The translations under genes were made by a program, and so were the position numbers. Of a stretch of 32,000 nt of DNA, positions 1 through 8,920 are shown one piece after another. Every line of letters begins with the position of its first letter. The first letter of the stretch is position 1. Origin of the DNA: Afipia sp. (lineage in GTDB: Bacteria; Pseudomonadota; Alphaproteobacteria; Rhizobiales; Xanthobacteraceae); NCBI GenBank assembly GCA_051954725.1, contig JBQCHK010000027.1:112269-144268 (forward strand). Reading direction: 5' to 3'. Below the pieces are notes generated by a model. It saw nothing but the letters and a program-made list of their open reading frames with translations. It did not search any database and had not been told where the DNA came from.

Positions 1-570
1 CGCCGCGAGATCGTTGAACGGGATGACCGTGCAATCCGGCAGCAGCGGGCCGAAACCACCGCGGAAATTGGCATCGTCGGTCAGCGACAGCGAGCCATAG
101 GACAGCCCATGATAGGCGTGGTCGCAATAGACGATGCCCGTCCGTCCGGTGGCGCCACGCGCGAACTTGATAGCGGCCTCGACGCATTCGGTTCCCGAAT
201 TGGCAAAGAACACCTTGTCCAGGTAAGGCACGCGCGCGATCAGACGCTCTGCCAGAATGCCTGCGAGGGTCGACAGATCGAGCTGAACGAGATTGGGCAA
301 CTCGCTGTCCAGGACACTTTTCAAGGCGTCCCGAATCACCGGGTGGTTCCGCCCAACGGCGAACACACCGAAGCCGCTCAAAAGATCGAGATAACGGTCA
401 CCGGTCCGGTCGAACAGATAGGGCCCCTGCCCGCGCTGGAAACCGACATCATATCCGATAGTCTTGAGAACCCGGACAAGCTGTTCGTTCAAATAACGGG
501 TATGAAGAGCATTGCGCTGAAACTGCCGGTCAGCGAACATCTCGGAAATGTCTAGATTTGGCTTCACCAT
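1..570 (-). CDS. hpnO: HpnO-like class III (acetylornithine-type) aminotransferase, N-terminal part; truncated by left edge
   Basis: Not in the ORF track because it runs off the edge. Reverse-strand translation from ATG at 570: MVKPNLDISEMFADRQFQRNALHTRYLNEQLVRVLKTIGYDVGFQRGQGPYLFDRTGDRYLDLLSGFGVFAVGRNHPVIRDALKSVLDSELPNLVQ...KVFFANSGTECVEAAIKFARGATGR...YCDHAYHGLSYGSLS, with the NSGTE(A/C)xEAAIK and YHGxxxGxLS hallmarks of PLP class III aminotransferases. Adjacent to hpnN. Confidence 0.88.
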   Translation of the reverse strand, partial: MVKPNLDISEMFADRQFQRNALHTRYLNEQLVRVLKTIGYDVGFQRGQGPYLFDRTGDRYLDLLSGFGVFAVGRNHPVIRDALKSVLDSELPNLVQLDLSTLAGILAERLIARVPYLDKVFFANSGTECVEAAIKFARGATGRTGIVYCDHAYHGLSYGSLSLTDDANFRGGFGPLLPDCTVIPFNDLAA

Positions 571-694
571 GAGCTACATAGTTCGTTTGAGGGGCTGCTA
601 GTCAACCTAAAAAAGTCGCTGTGGCGTTTTGCCCGTTGCCGGAACATCTGGCGGTATATTGGATTTAGTTCGGTTGCGTTGCGCGCGAGGATTC

Positions 695-1264
695 ATGCGG
701 AAAATAGCCTGGTCTGGAATGTTCCTTCTTGCCGCTATCGGCTCTGCCCATGCTGCGGAGCCCATCGGCGAATGGCAGGTCGAGGAAAAGGTCGCCACGA
801 TCAAGATCGTCGACTGCGACAACCATCTTTGGGGGGTCGTAGCGTCCGAGGTCACCCCCGGGATCGACACCAAGAACCCTGACAAGACCAAGCGCGGCCG
901 CCCTACCCTCGGGATGCCGATCCTGCTCGGCATGACCAAATCGACCGAGGAAAAGAACCGCTGGGACGGCAAGATCTACAACGCCAAGGACGGCGAAACC
1001 TACAAGGCCTCCATCACTCTCAAATCGCCGAACTCCCTGCGGGTTGAGGGCTGTTATGTGTGGCCGCTATGCGGTGGCCAGACGTGGACCCGGGTCCCCG
1101 AAGCGTCTCCTCCCGCCGTCGCGACCGCCCCGAAGGCGCCGCCAAAGACTGTCGGCTCAAAGGGCGCGATGCGGAAATCGAACCCGGGCGCGGTCGCCGC
1201 ACCTCAGGAGCCCGCAGTGTCCGAAGTCTGCTCACTCCCCGAGGTCACGGGGACGACCCATTAG
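695..1264 (+). CDS. DUF2147-type secreted protein with Ala/Pro-rich C-terminal tail
   Basis: Track ORF 629..1264; the ATG at 695 gives a convincing signal peptide (MRKIAWSGMFLLAAIGSAHAAEPIGEW). Core GVVASEVTPGIDTKNPDKTKRGRPTLGMPILLGM...RWDGKIYNAKDGETYKASI...LRVEGC resembles DUF2147. Confidence 0.75.
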   Translation: MRKIAWSGMFLLAAIGSAHAAEPIGEWQVEEKVATIKIVDCDNHLWGVVASEVTPGIDTKNPDKTKRGRPTLGMPILLGMTKSTEEKNRWDGKIYNAKDGETYKASITLKSPNSLRVEGCYVWPLCGGQTWTRVPEASPPAVATAPKAPPKTVGSKGAMRKSNPGAVAAPQEPAVSEVCSLPEVTGTTH

Positions 1265-3820
1265 CGCCGGCTGAAACAGCACCGCCGCTGCCAGCGTTGT
1301 CACCAGTGACAACGCCATCAGCTTGCCCATGCTCGACGTCCCCGGATGGCTCGACAGCCAGAGGCTGCCGAAAGCGGTCGCCGTGGTCATGGCGCTGAAG
1401 AACACCGCACGGGTCAGGCTGGATTGCAGCAGATCGGTCTGCCCCGCCCGCCACGCCGTGACGTAGTAGATCTTGAACGCCACGCCGACACCGAGCAGCA
1501 ATGGCAGCGCGATGATATTGGCGAAGTTCAATGGCATGCCGATCAGCACGCAGATTTCCAGCGTCACCACGCCGGCCAGAATGAGCGGCACCAGCGTCAG
1601 CAGCACGTCGCCGATCCGGCGCAGGACGATGTAGAGCAAGATCGAGATCGAGAGCAGCGCCCAGCCGCCGGCCTGAATAAAGGCCAGCACGATGGTTCGT
1701 CCGGATTCGAGAATCGAAATCGGGCCGCCGGTTGCAGTGGGCTCGACCTTCTGAACCGCAGCCGCGAACCTGCGCAGCGTATCGTTGTCGTTCGGATCGC
1801 CCTTGGGCTGGGCTTCGACACGGGCGCGTCCGTCCGCGGTGATCCAGTCATCCGCCAGTGACTTCGGCAGATTCTGTTCGGTGATGGTCTGCGCTTTGAG
1901 CGAGTCCTGCACCTGCCCGAAGAGCACGTGCATCGGCGTCAGGAAAACCGCGGCCACCTTATCGCGCAACGCCTTGTCGGATTGCGCGAGCTTGAGCAAT
2001 TGCTCCGCAAGCCGGTTCATCGCGGCGGCCGTTTCGGCGCTTGATTTCGGAGCCATGCGCCACAGCGTTTCGGACGCGTGCGTCAAGGCGACGACGTTGT
2101 CGGCATCGGTGGCCGGATCGCCCGGTTTCGCCTTGAAGATAGGCTCGAGCTGCGCCGCCGCCTTCTTGATGATCGCAAGCTTGGCGGGCTGATCTTCAGG
2201 AATGAAATTCTCCAGCGATATCGTGCGTGCGACCTCCGGCACCTTCGACAGCCGCTCCTGGACCTGCCTGGCCTGCGCCAGCGACGGCACCAGCACGCTG
2301 ACGGCATTGGTTCCGGTATTCGGATCGCGCCGCAGGTCGAGATAGGTCGCAACCGACTCCACCTTCGGGCTGCGAAGGTTCATCGGATTGAAGTCGAAGT
2401 GCAGGAAGTAGAGCAACGGCAATCCGAGGGTCGCAAGGCCCAGCGTAGCGGCGATGATCGGTACCCGCCGCCGCTCGAGGAAACGGTCCACCGGCGCGAG
2501 GAACGCGTAACCGAGCGGCTCCTTCTCACCCGGCGGATTGAACAGCTTGAGGAGCGCGGGCAGCACCGTGATCGCGCACAGAAACGCGAGGAGCATGCCG
2601 GCACCGGCAATCTTGCCCAGTTCGGAAACACCCTCGTAGGCCGTGGGCAGGAACGACAGAAAGCCCGCCGCGGTCGCAACGGCTGCCAGGGTCAACGGGA
2701 TCGCGGAATATTCAGCGGCCTTTTCGATAGCGGATTGCAACCCACCATTCGCATGGCGCTCTGATCGATAGCGCACGCTGTACTGGATTCCGAAATCCAC
2801 CCCGAGTCCCACGAACAGGACGAAGAACGCGATCGATATGAGGTTGAATGCGCCGACCAGCATCAGGGCCACAGCCGTCGTGATCGACAGACCGATCGCC
2901 AGCGTGATGAACACGGCCGTGATGATCTTTGGCGATTTGAGCGCCATCCAGAGAATTCCGAGAACGATCAGAACCGTAATGAACCCGTTGAGGGCGGCTC
3001 CCTCCTTCACGGTTCCGAATTCATCGTTCGCGATCGGCACCGGCCCGGTCAGCCGGACCCGGGCACCGTACTTGCCGGCAAGGTCAGCATCGATGGCAGC
3101 CTGCCGGATCGCATCGGTCGCGACCTTTCCGGGTTCAAGCGCCTGAAAGTCGAGGACCGGCCTGATCGTGATCAGCGTCCGCTTGTCCGAGGCGCTGAGC
3201 GGTTCCTGGCTGGTCAGCGCCCGCCAGGAGAAGGTTCCCGCGCCCGTCGTCATAACCTGGTCGATGCTGTCGGCGACCATGTTAAGGGGCCGTGTCAGCG
3301 CCTCGCGCGGAAAACGCCCCTTCTCGGCCGCTGACAGGCTGAACTCCAGAACGCCGGTCAGCCCCCGCAGGCTGGGGTCATCGACCAGAATGTCGAAAAA
3401 CGGCGCCGCCTGGGTCATCTGGCCGACCTGCTGGGCGACTTCCTGGGTTGGCAGGAACAAAAGTCCGTTATTGGCGAAGAACGGCCCGTCCGTCGGGCGA
3501 TGGACCGACAGGAACTTGTCGGTTTGCGGGAGCAGCTTTTTTTCCAGCGCAGCACCGGCGAGATGGGCAAATTCGGGGGTCGGAGCCTCAACGACCGCCA
3601 AAATCAAGTCATGGCTGCCCGGAAATGCCTTTTCGTAGGCTATTTCACGCTGGCGCCAGTCAATATTTGGAGAAATCAGGGTCGCGACGTCAGTATTGAT
3701 CGCAAAGTGCCGTGCAGAATAGACCCCCGCCAGAACCGCCAATAATACGCCAAAAGCTACAGTTAGCCATGCAAAACGCGTACAGGTTCTAACCAGGGAA
3801 ACAATGGTCCTTGTCAGCAC
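1232..3820 (-). CDS. hpnN: MMPL/RND family transporter, hopanoid transporter HpnN
   Basis: 862 aa with two TM-rich halves and RND-like repeats (ALNGFITVLIVLGILWMALKSPKIITAVFITLAIGLSITTAVALMLVG...VGLGVDFGIQYSVRYR). Located inside the hpn cluster. Confidence 0.9.
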   Translation of the reverse strand: MLTRTIVSLVRTCTRFAWLTVAFGVLLAVLAGVYSARHFAINTDVATLISPNIDWRQREIAYEKAFPGSHDLILAVVEAPTPEFAHLAGAALEKKLLPQTDKFLSVHRPTDGPFFANNGLLFLPTQEVAQQVGQMTQAAPFFDILVDDPSLRGLTGVLEFSLSAAEKGRFPREALTRPLNMVADSIDQVMTTGAGTFSWRALTSQEPLSASDKRTLITIRPVLDFQALEPGKVATDAIRQAAIDADLAGKYGARVRLTGPVPIANDEFGTVKEGAALNGFITVLIVLGILWMALKSPKIITAVFITLAIGLSITTAVALMLVGAFNLISIAFFVLFVGLGVDFGIQYSVRYRSERHANGGLQSAIEKAAEYSAIPLTLAAVATAAGFLSFLPTAYEGVSELGKIAGAGMLLAFLCAITVLPALLKLFNPPGEKEPLGYAFLAPVDRFLERRRVPIIAATLGLATLGLPLLYFLHFDFNPMNLRSPKVESVATYLDLRRDPNTGTNAVSVLVPSLAQARQVQERLSKVPEVARTISLENFIPEDQPAKLAIIKKAAAQLEPIFKAKPGDPATDADNVVALTHASETLWRMAPKSSAETAAAMNRLAEQLLKLAQSDKALRDKVAAVFLTPMHVLFGQVQDSLKAQTITEQNLPKSLADDWITADGRARVEAQPKGDPNDNDTLRRFAAAVQKVEPTATGGPISILESGRTIVLAFIQAGGWALLSISILLYIVLRRIGDVLLTLVPLILAGVVTLEICVLIGMPLNFANIIALPLLLGVGVAFKIYYVTAWRAGQTDLLQSSLTRAVFFSAMTTATAFGSLWLSSHPGTSSMGKLMALSLVTTLAAAVLFQPALMGRPRDLGE

Positions 3821-4032
3821 AGTTTTTCTTTCTATTTGAGGCAGTCGGCGCAGGAAAAAGTGGCCGTTTTGAAGTTTCGTGAGTTAACTCTGGGCGGAGC
3901 AACCGGTGCCCTTAAGTCACAGAATAGTGGCAAAAGGCTAGTGGTAGCTGAGAATTACTGCTCAATAGCGGCCATAATGCTACACTGCGGTATGTTCACG
4001 TCTTGTTCTAATGTCGCACTGGAAGACCTCGT

Positions 4033-5949
4033 ATGACCTCATCGACCCCATTGCTCGACAAAATCAAATCTCCTTCTGATCTTCGTGCTCTGAAAGAGAG
4101 TGATTTGCCGCAAGTTGCGGCAGAGCTGCGCGCCGAGACGATCAATGCTGTCGCTGTCACCGGTGGACATCTGGGTTCGGGGCTCGGCGTTGTCGAGCTG
4201 ACCGTGGCACTGCATCATGTTTTTAATACGCCATCCGATCGCGTGATCTGGGATGTCGGCCATCAGGCCTACCCCCACAAGATTCTGACCAACCGGCGCG
4301 ACCGCATCCGCACTCTGCGTCAGGGTGGCGGGTTGTCCGGATTCACCAAGCGCGCTGAGAGCGAATACGACTGTTTTGGCGCGGCTCACTCCTCGACATC
4401 CATCTCGGCTGGCCTCGGCATGGCCGTCGCACGTGATCTTGCCGGCGAGAAACGCAACATCGTGGCTGTGATCGGCGATGGCGCGATGTCGGCTGGCATG
4501 GCGTATGAAGCGATGAACAATGCCGGAGCGATGGATTCGCGCCTCATTGTGATCCTCAACGACAACGAGATGTCGATCGCACCGCCGGTCGGCGCGATGT
4601 CGGCCTATCTCGCCCGACTGCTTTCCGGCCGGACCTATCGCTCATTGCGCGAAATCGGCAAGCAGGTCGCCAAGCGGTTGCCGAAGTTCGTCGAAAAAGG
4701 CGCACAGCGCGCCGAGGACTATGCCCGCGGCTTCCTGTCGGGAGGCACCCTGTTCGAGGAACTGGGTTTCTACTATGTCGGCCCGATCGATGGACATAAC
4801 CTCGATCATCTGCTGCCCGTCCTCAAGAACGTGCGCGACTCCGAACAGGGCCCGATCCTGGTTCACGTCGTCACCGAAAAGGGCAAGGGTTACACCCACG
4901 CCGAAACCGCTGCCGACAAGTATCACGGCGTGGTCAAGTTCGACGTCGCGACCGGCAAGCAGGCCAAGGCTCAGGCCAATGCCCCCGCCTACACCAAGGT
5001 TTTCGGCAACGCGCTCGTGAAGGAAGCCGAGAAGGACGACAAGATCGTCGGCATCACGGCGGCCATGCCATCCGGCACCGGCATCGACATCTTCGGCAAG
5101 GCCTTCCCAAATCGCACCTTCGACGTAGGCATTGCCGAGCAGCATGCGGTGACGTTCGCGGCAGGTCTTGCGACCGAAGGCATCAAGCCGTTCGTCGCGA
5201 TCTATTCGACCTTCCTGCAGCGCGCCTATGACCAGGTGGTGCATGACGTCGCGATCCAGAAACTGCCGGTCCGTTTCGTGATCGACCGGGCCGGTCTGGT
5301 CGGTGCGGACGGCCCCACCCATGCCGGTTCGTTCGACCTCGCCTATCTTGGCTGCCTTCCGGGCTTTGTTCTGATGGCGGCGGCCGACGAGGCCGAACTG
5401 ATGCACATGGTCGCCACTGCGGTCGCGATTGACGATCGCCCGTCGGCGTTCCGCTTCCCGCGTGGCGACGGTGTCGGCGTCGACCTTCCGGCGATGGGCC
5501 TGCCGCTCGAGATCGGCAAAGGCCGGATCGTGCGCGAAGGCAGCTCGGTGGCCCTGCTCTCTCTCGGCACCCGTCTCGCCGAATGTCTCAAGGCGGCCGA
5601 CATGCTGAAGGCGCACGGCCTCACCACCACGGTTGCCGACGCGCGCTTTGCCAAGCCGATCGATACCGATCTGGTGTTGCGGCTGGCGCGCGAGCACGAA
5701 GTGCTTGTGACGGTTGAGGAAGGCTCGATCGGCGGGTTCGGCGCACAGGTCCTGCACACGCTGGCCGAGGCCGGCGCCCTCGACCGCGGCCTCAAGGTCC
5801 GCTCGATGGTACTGCCCGATACTTTCATCGATCAGGACAGCCCGGCTGCGATGTACGCCAAGGCCGGTCTCGATGCGAAGGGGATCGTGACCCGCGTGTT
5901 CGAGGCGCTCGGCCGCGATGCCAGCATCAGCGCGGTGCAGCTTGCTTGA
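4033..5949 (+). CDS. dxs: 1-deoxy-D-xylulose-5-phosphate synthase
   Basis: 638 aa; thiamine-PP motif [47 protein letters not shown]. Confidence 0.97.
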   Translation: MTSSTPLLDKIKSPSDLRALKESDLPQVAAELRAETINAVAVTGGHLGSGLGVVELTVALHHVFNTPSDRVIWDVGHQAYPHKILTNRRDRIRTLRQGGGLSGFTKRAESEYDCFGAAHSSTSISAGLGMAVARDLAGEKRNIVAVIGDGAMSAGMAYEAMNNAGAMDSRLIVILNDNEMSIAPPVGAMSAYLARLLSGRTYRSLREIGKQVAKRLPKFVEKGAQRAEDYARGFLSGGTLFEELGFYYVGPIDGHNLDHLLPVLKNVRDSEQGPILVHVVTEKGKGYTHAETAADKYHGVVKFDVATGKQAKAQANAPAYTKVFGNALVKEAEKDDKIVGITAAMPSGTGIDIFGKAFPNRTFDVGIAEQHAVTFAAGLATEGIKPFVAIYSTFLQRAYDQVVHDVAIQKLPVRFVIDRAGLVGADGPTHAGSFDLAYLGCLPGFVLMAAADEAELMHMVATAVAIDDRPSAFRFPRGDGVGVDLPAMGLPLEIGKGRIVREGSSVALLSLGTRLAECLKAADMLKAHGLTTTVADARFAKPIDTDLVLRLAREHEVLVTVEEGSIGGFGAQVLHTLAEAGALDRGLKVRSMVLPDTFIDQDSPAAMYAKAGLDAKGIVTRVFEALGRDASISAVQLA

Positions 5950-5959
5950 TCAGACTCCC

Positions 5960-6907
5960 ATGAAAGTTCTGCTCGCGCAGCCGAGAGGTTTCTGCGCGGG
6001 CGTCGTGCGCGCCATCGAGATCGTGGAGCGCGCGCTGGAGAAGTATGGCCCGCCGGTCTACGTGCGGCATGAGATCGTGCACAACAAGTACGTGGTCGAA
6101 ACCCTCAAGGCCAAGGGTGCCATTTTCGTCGAGGACCTGCACGAGGTGCCCGCCAACGCCATCACGGTGTTCAGCGCCCACGGCGTGGCCAAGAGCGTCG
6201 AAGAAGAAGCCGCCCGGCGCAACCTTCCGGTCCTCAACGCCACCTGCCCGCTGGTGACCAAGGTCCACAATCAGGGCAAGCGCTACGTCTCCAAGGGGCG
6301 CACCCTGATTCTGATCGGCCACGAGGGCCACCCGGAGGTTGTCGGGACCATGGGACAGGTGACGGGCCCCGTCGTTCTGGTCCAGAGCGTCGAGGATGTC
6401 GCGGCCCTCGACCTGCCGAACGATGCGCCGATCGCCTACATCACCCAGACCACCCTCAGCGTGGACGATACCAAGGACATCATCGCCGCATTGTCAGAGC
6501 GATTCTCGGATCTGGAAGGCCCGGATACCCGCGATATCTGCTATGCGACACAAAATCGCCAGTCTTCGGTACGAGACCTCTCCAAGCTCGTCGATGTCAT
6601 CCTCGTGGTTGGGGCGACCAATAGTTCGAACTCCAACCGCCTGCGGGAAATCGGCACCGAAGTGGGCGTTGCCAGCTACCTCATCGCTGATGGCAGCCAG
6701 CTCAATCCCGAATGGTTGAAGGGCGTGAAAACGGTTGGCATCACCGCGGGCGCGTCCGCGCCGGAAGTGCTTGTCGATGATGTGATTGACGCCTTGCGTC
6801 GAATCGGGCCGGTCACCGTGTCGGTGGTTCCGGGCCGCGAGGAGAATATCGAATTCAGGCTGCCAGCGGAGCTGACGTCAGTCGTCAGGCCCGCTTCACA
6901 CCTTTGA
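5960..6907 (+). CDS. ispH: 4-hydroxy-3-methylbut-2-enyl diphosphate reductase
   Basis: [26 protein letters not shown]...; conserved cysteines in [15 protein letters not shown] and CYATQNRQ; E(E)NIEFRLP C-terminus. The track start at 5918 is an upstream extension; ATG 5960 fits the family. Confidence 0.97.
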   Translation: MKVLLAQPRGFCAGVVRAIEIVERALEKYGPPVYVRHEIVHNKYVVETLKAKGAIFVEDLHEVPANAITVFSAHGVAKSVEEEAARRNLPVLNATCPLVTKVHNQGKRYVSKGRTLILIGHEGHPEVVGTMGQVTGPVVLVQSVEDVAALDLPNDAPIAYITQTTLSVDDTKDIIAALSERFSDLEGPDTRDICYATQNRQSSVRDLSKLVDVILVVGATNSSNSNRLREIGTEVGVASYLIADGSQLNPEWLKGVKTVGITAGASAPEVLVDDVIDALRRIGPVTVSVVPGREENIEFRLPAELTSVVRPASHL

Positions 6908-6926
6908 TTGAGAAAGTCGCTCGTTC

Positions 6927-8102
6927 ATGGCCATACCGTTTTTCAAAGAGATCAAGATCGGCTCCTATCTGGTGAAGCAGAAGCTTCTCGGGCGGAAACG
7001 CTATCCGCTGGTGCTGATGCTCGAGCCGCTGTTTCGCTGCAACCTGGCTTGTGCCGGCTGCGGCAAGATCGATTATCCCGATGCGATCCTCAACCGCCGC
7101 ATGTCCGCCCAGGAATGCTGGGACGCGGCCGATGAGTGCGGCGCGCCGATGGTGGCGATCCCGGGCGGCGAGCCGCTGATCCACAAGGAGATCGGCGAGA
7201 TCGTGCGCGGCCTCGTGGCACGCAAGAAGTTCGTCTCGCTCTGCACCAACGCGCTGCTGCTGGAAAAGAAGCTCGACCTGTTCGAGCCTTCGCCGTACCT
7301 GTTCTTCTCGATCCATCTCGACGGCCTGAAGGATCACCACGACCAGTCGGTGTGCCAGACTGGCGTGTTCGATCGCGCCGTGTCCGCGATCAAGGCTGCG
7401 AAGGCGCGGGGCTTCACGGTCAACGTCAACGCGACGATCTTCGACAACCACCCGGCTGAAGAGATCGCCAAATTCCTCGACTTCTGTCAGGAGCTCGGCG
7501 TCGGCGTATCGATGTCGCCCGGCTACGCCTACGAGCGCGCACCGGATCAGGAGCACTTCCTCAACCGCCGCAAGACCAAGGAATTGTTCCGCCGCGTGTT
7601 CGAGCTCGGCAAGGGCAAGAAGTGGAATTTCATGCACTCCGGCCTGTTCCTCGACTTCCTGGCCGGCAACCAGAACTTCCATTGCGAGCCGTGGGGCATG
7701 CCTGCCCGCAACATCTTCGGCTGGCAGAAGCCCTGCTATCTGCTTGGCGAAGGCTATACCAAGACCTTCAAGGAGCTGATGGAAACCACCGACTGGGATT
7801 CCTACGGCACCGGCAAGTACGAGAAGTGCGCGAACTGCATGGCGCATTGCGGCTACGAACCGACGGCGGCGAATGCCGCGATCACCAACCCGTTCAAGGC
7901 GCTGAAAGTTGCTTTGCTCGGCATCAAGACCGAAGGACCGATGGCGCCGGAGATCGATCTCAGCAACCAGCGCCCGGCGCAGTACGTGTTCTCATCGGAA
8001 GTGCAGAAGCGCCTCTCCGAGATTCGCACCGACGAAGCGCGCGAGAAGGCGGCGAAGGCTGCGGCCAAGGCAAACGCCCAGAGCGCGACCACCGCCGCCT
8101 GA
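6927..8102 (+). CDS. hpnH: Adenosyl-hopene transferase HpnH (radical SAM)
   Basis: 391 aa; radical SAM CX3CX2C (CNLACAGCGKIDYP), GGEPLIHKEIGEIV; C-terminal cysteine-containing HpnH-like region. Cluster context. Confidence 0.95.
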   Translation: MAIPFFKEIKIGSYLVKQKLLGRKRYPLVLMLEPLFRCNLACAGCGKIDYPDAILNRRMSAQECWDAADECGAPMVAIPGGEPLIHKEIGEIVRGLVARKKFVSLCTNALLLEKKLDLFEPSPYLFFSIHLDGLKDHHDQSVCQTGVFDRAVSAIKAAKARGFTVNVNATIFDNHPAEEIAKFLDFCQELGVGVSMSPGYAYERAPDQEHFLNRRKTKELFRRVFELGKGKKWNFMHSGLFLDFLAGNQNFHCEPWGMPARNIFGWQKPCYLLGEGYTKTFKELMETTDWDSYGTGKYEKCANCMAHCGYEPTAANAAITNPFKALKVALLGIKTEGPMAPEIDLSNQRPAQYVFSSEVQKRLSEIRTDEAREKAAKAAAKANAQSATTAA

Positions 8103-8122
8103 GCCTCGGCATATCGAGAATA

Positions 8123-8150
8123 AAAAGGCGCGATCCTGATCGCGCCTTTT
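8123..8150. terminator. Likely bidirectional Rho-independent terminator between convergent hpnH and hpnG
   Basis: Perfect 13-bp inverted repeat AAAAGGCGCGATC-CT-GATCGCGCCTTTT (about 12 bp paired with a 4-nt loop in practice); A/T runs at both ends. Confidence 0.88.
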
Positions 8151-8197
8151 GTTTTGCCTGTTTGGCTTCGGTGGCCGGAAAAACTGCGGGCGCTCGG

Positions 8198-8920
8198 TTA
8201 CGCCTCGGCCGGCGCGAAATCCCCGCTGCCATCCAGCAACCCGCGAACGCCGCGCAGGCTGCGCAGGGCTCGCTTGAAGTCGCGACCGCTGGAGACGAGG
8301 GCCCGAATGTCCGAGGGCTTGCGTGCGATGCCGCGCATGACCTTCCAGATGTCGATATTGCCATTCGGCTTGAGCGCGGCGGCCGCGAGTTCGGGCAGCG
8401 CACGATGGGCAGGATCACTGATCACGCGCACAGCGGCGAACGGGAGATTATGACGGGATGCGTAGCGCGCAGCGATGTGGCTTTCCATATCGACCGCAGC
8501 GGCGCCTGTGGTCGCGCGCAGCGCCGCCTTGCCGACTTGCCCAAGCACGACTTCCTCGACGCCCACCAGAATGCCCGGCACGATCCGATGCGGGCCGCGC
8601 TGTGGCAGTGAAACGAGTTTATCGCTGAGGGCAGCAACGGTCGACCAGCGCTCGCTGGCCGTCACCACCTCGGTCGCAATCATGATGTCGCCGGACCGCA
8701 ACGCGGGATCGAGCCCGCCGGCCACGCCGAAGCTGACGATGCCCCGCACGCTGGCAGGGTCAAACGTCGTCATCATCTCGCGCAACTGTACGGGATTGCT
8801 GCTGCTGCAGACGACCGTCAGCCCCGGCCCTGCCGCGATCTGCGCTTCCTGCCTCAGGCCGGTCACAATCAGAACCGGCAAACCATCGTGTGCGGCGTCC
8901 CCGCCTGCCCCGATAATCAC
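8198..8920 (-). CDS. hpnG: HpnG, nucleoside-phosphorylase-like protein (adenosylhopane to ribosylhopane step)
   Basis: 240 aa; GVAGGLDPALRSGDIMIATEV and VDMESHIAARYA motifs of the nucleoside phosphorylase superfamily; start overlaps shc stop by 4 nt. Confidence 0.92.
   Translation of the reverse strand: MIIGAGGDAAHDGLPVLIVTGLRQEAQIAAGPGLTVVCSSSNPVQLREMMTTFDPASVRGIVSFGVAGGLDPALRSGDIMIATEVVTASERWSTVAALSDKLVSLPQRGPHRIVPGILVGVEEVVLGQVGKAALRATTGAAAVDMESHIAARYASRHNLPFAAVRVISDPAHRALPELAAAALKPNGNIDIWKVMRGIARKPSDIRALVSSGRDFKRALRSLRGVRGLLDGSGDFAPAEA

Noticed and set aside
641-680. GGAAC at 641-645 as an EcfG promoter for the DUF2147 gene
   Set aside because: No CGTT/GTT at the required spacing (nearest GTT is 22 nt away).
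4642-5757. 371-aa minus-strand ORF opposite dxs
   Set aside because: Shadow ORF of the conserved dxs gene, with no recognisable domain.
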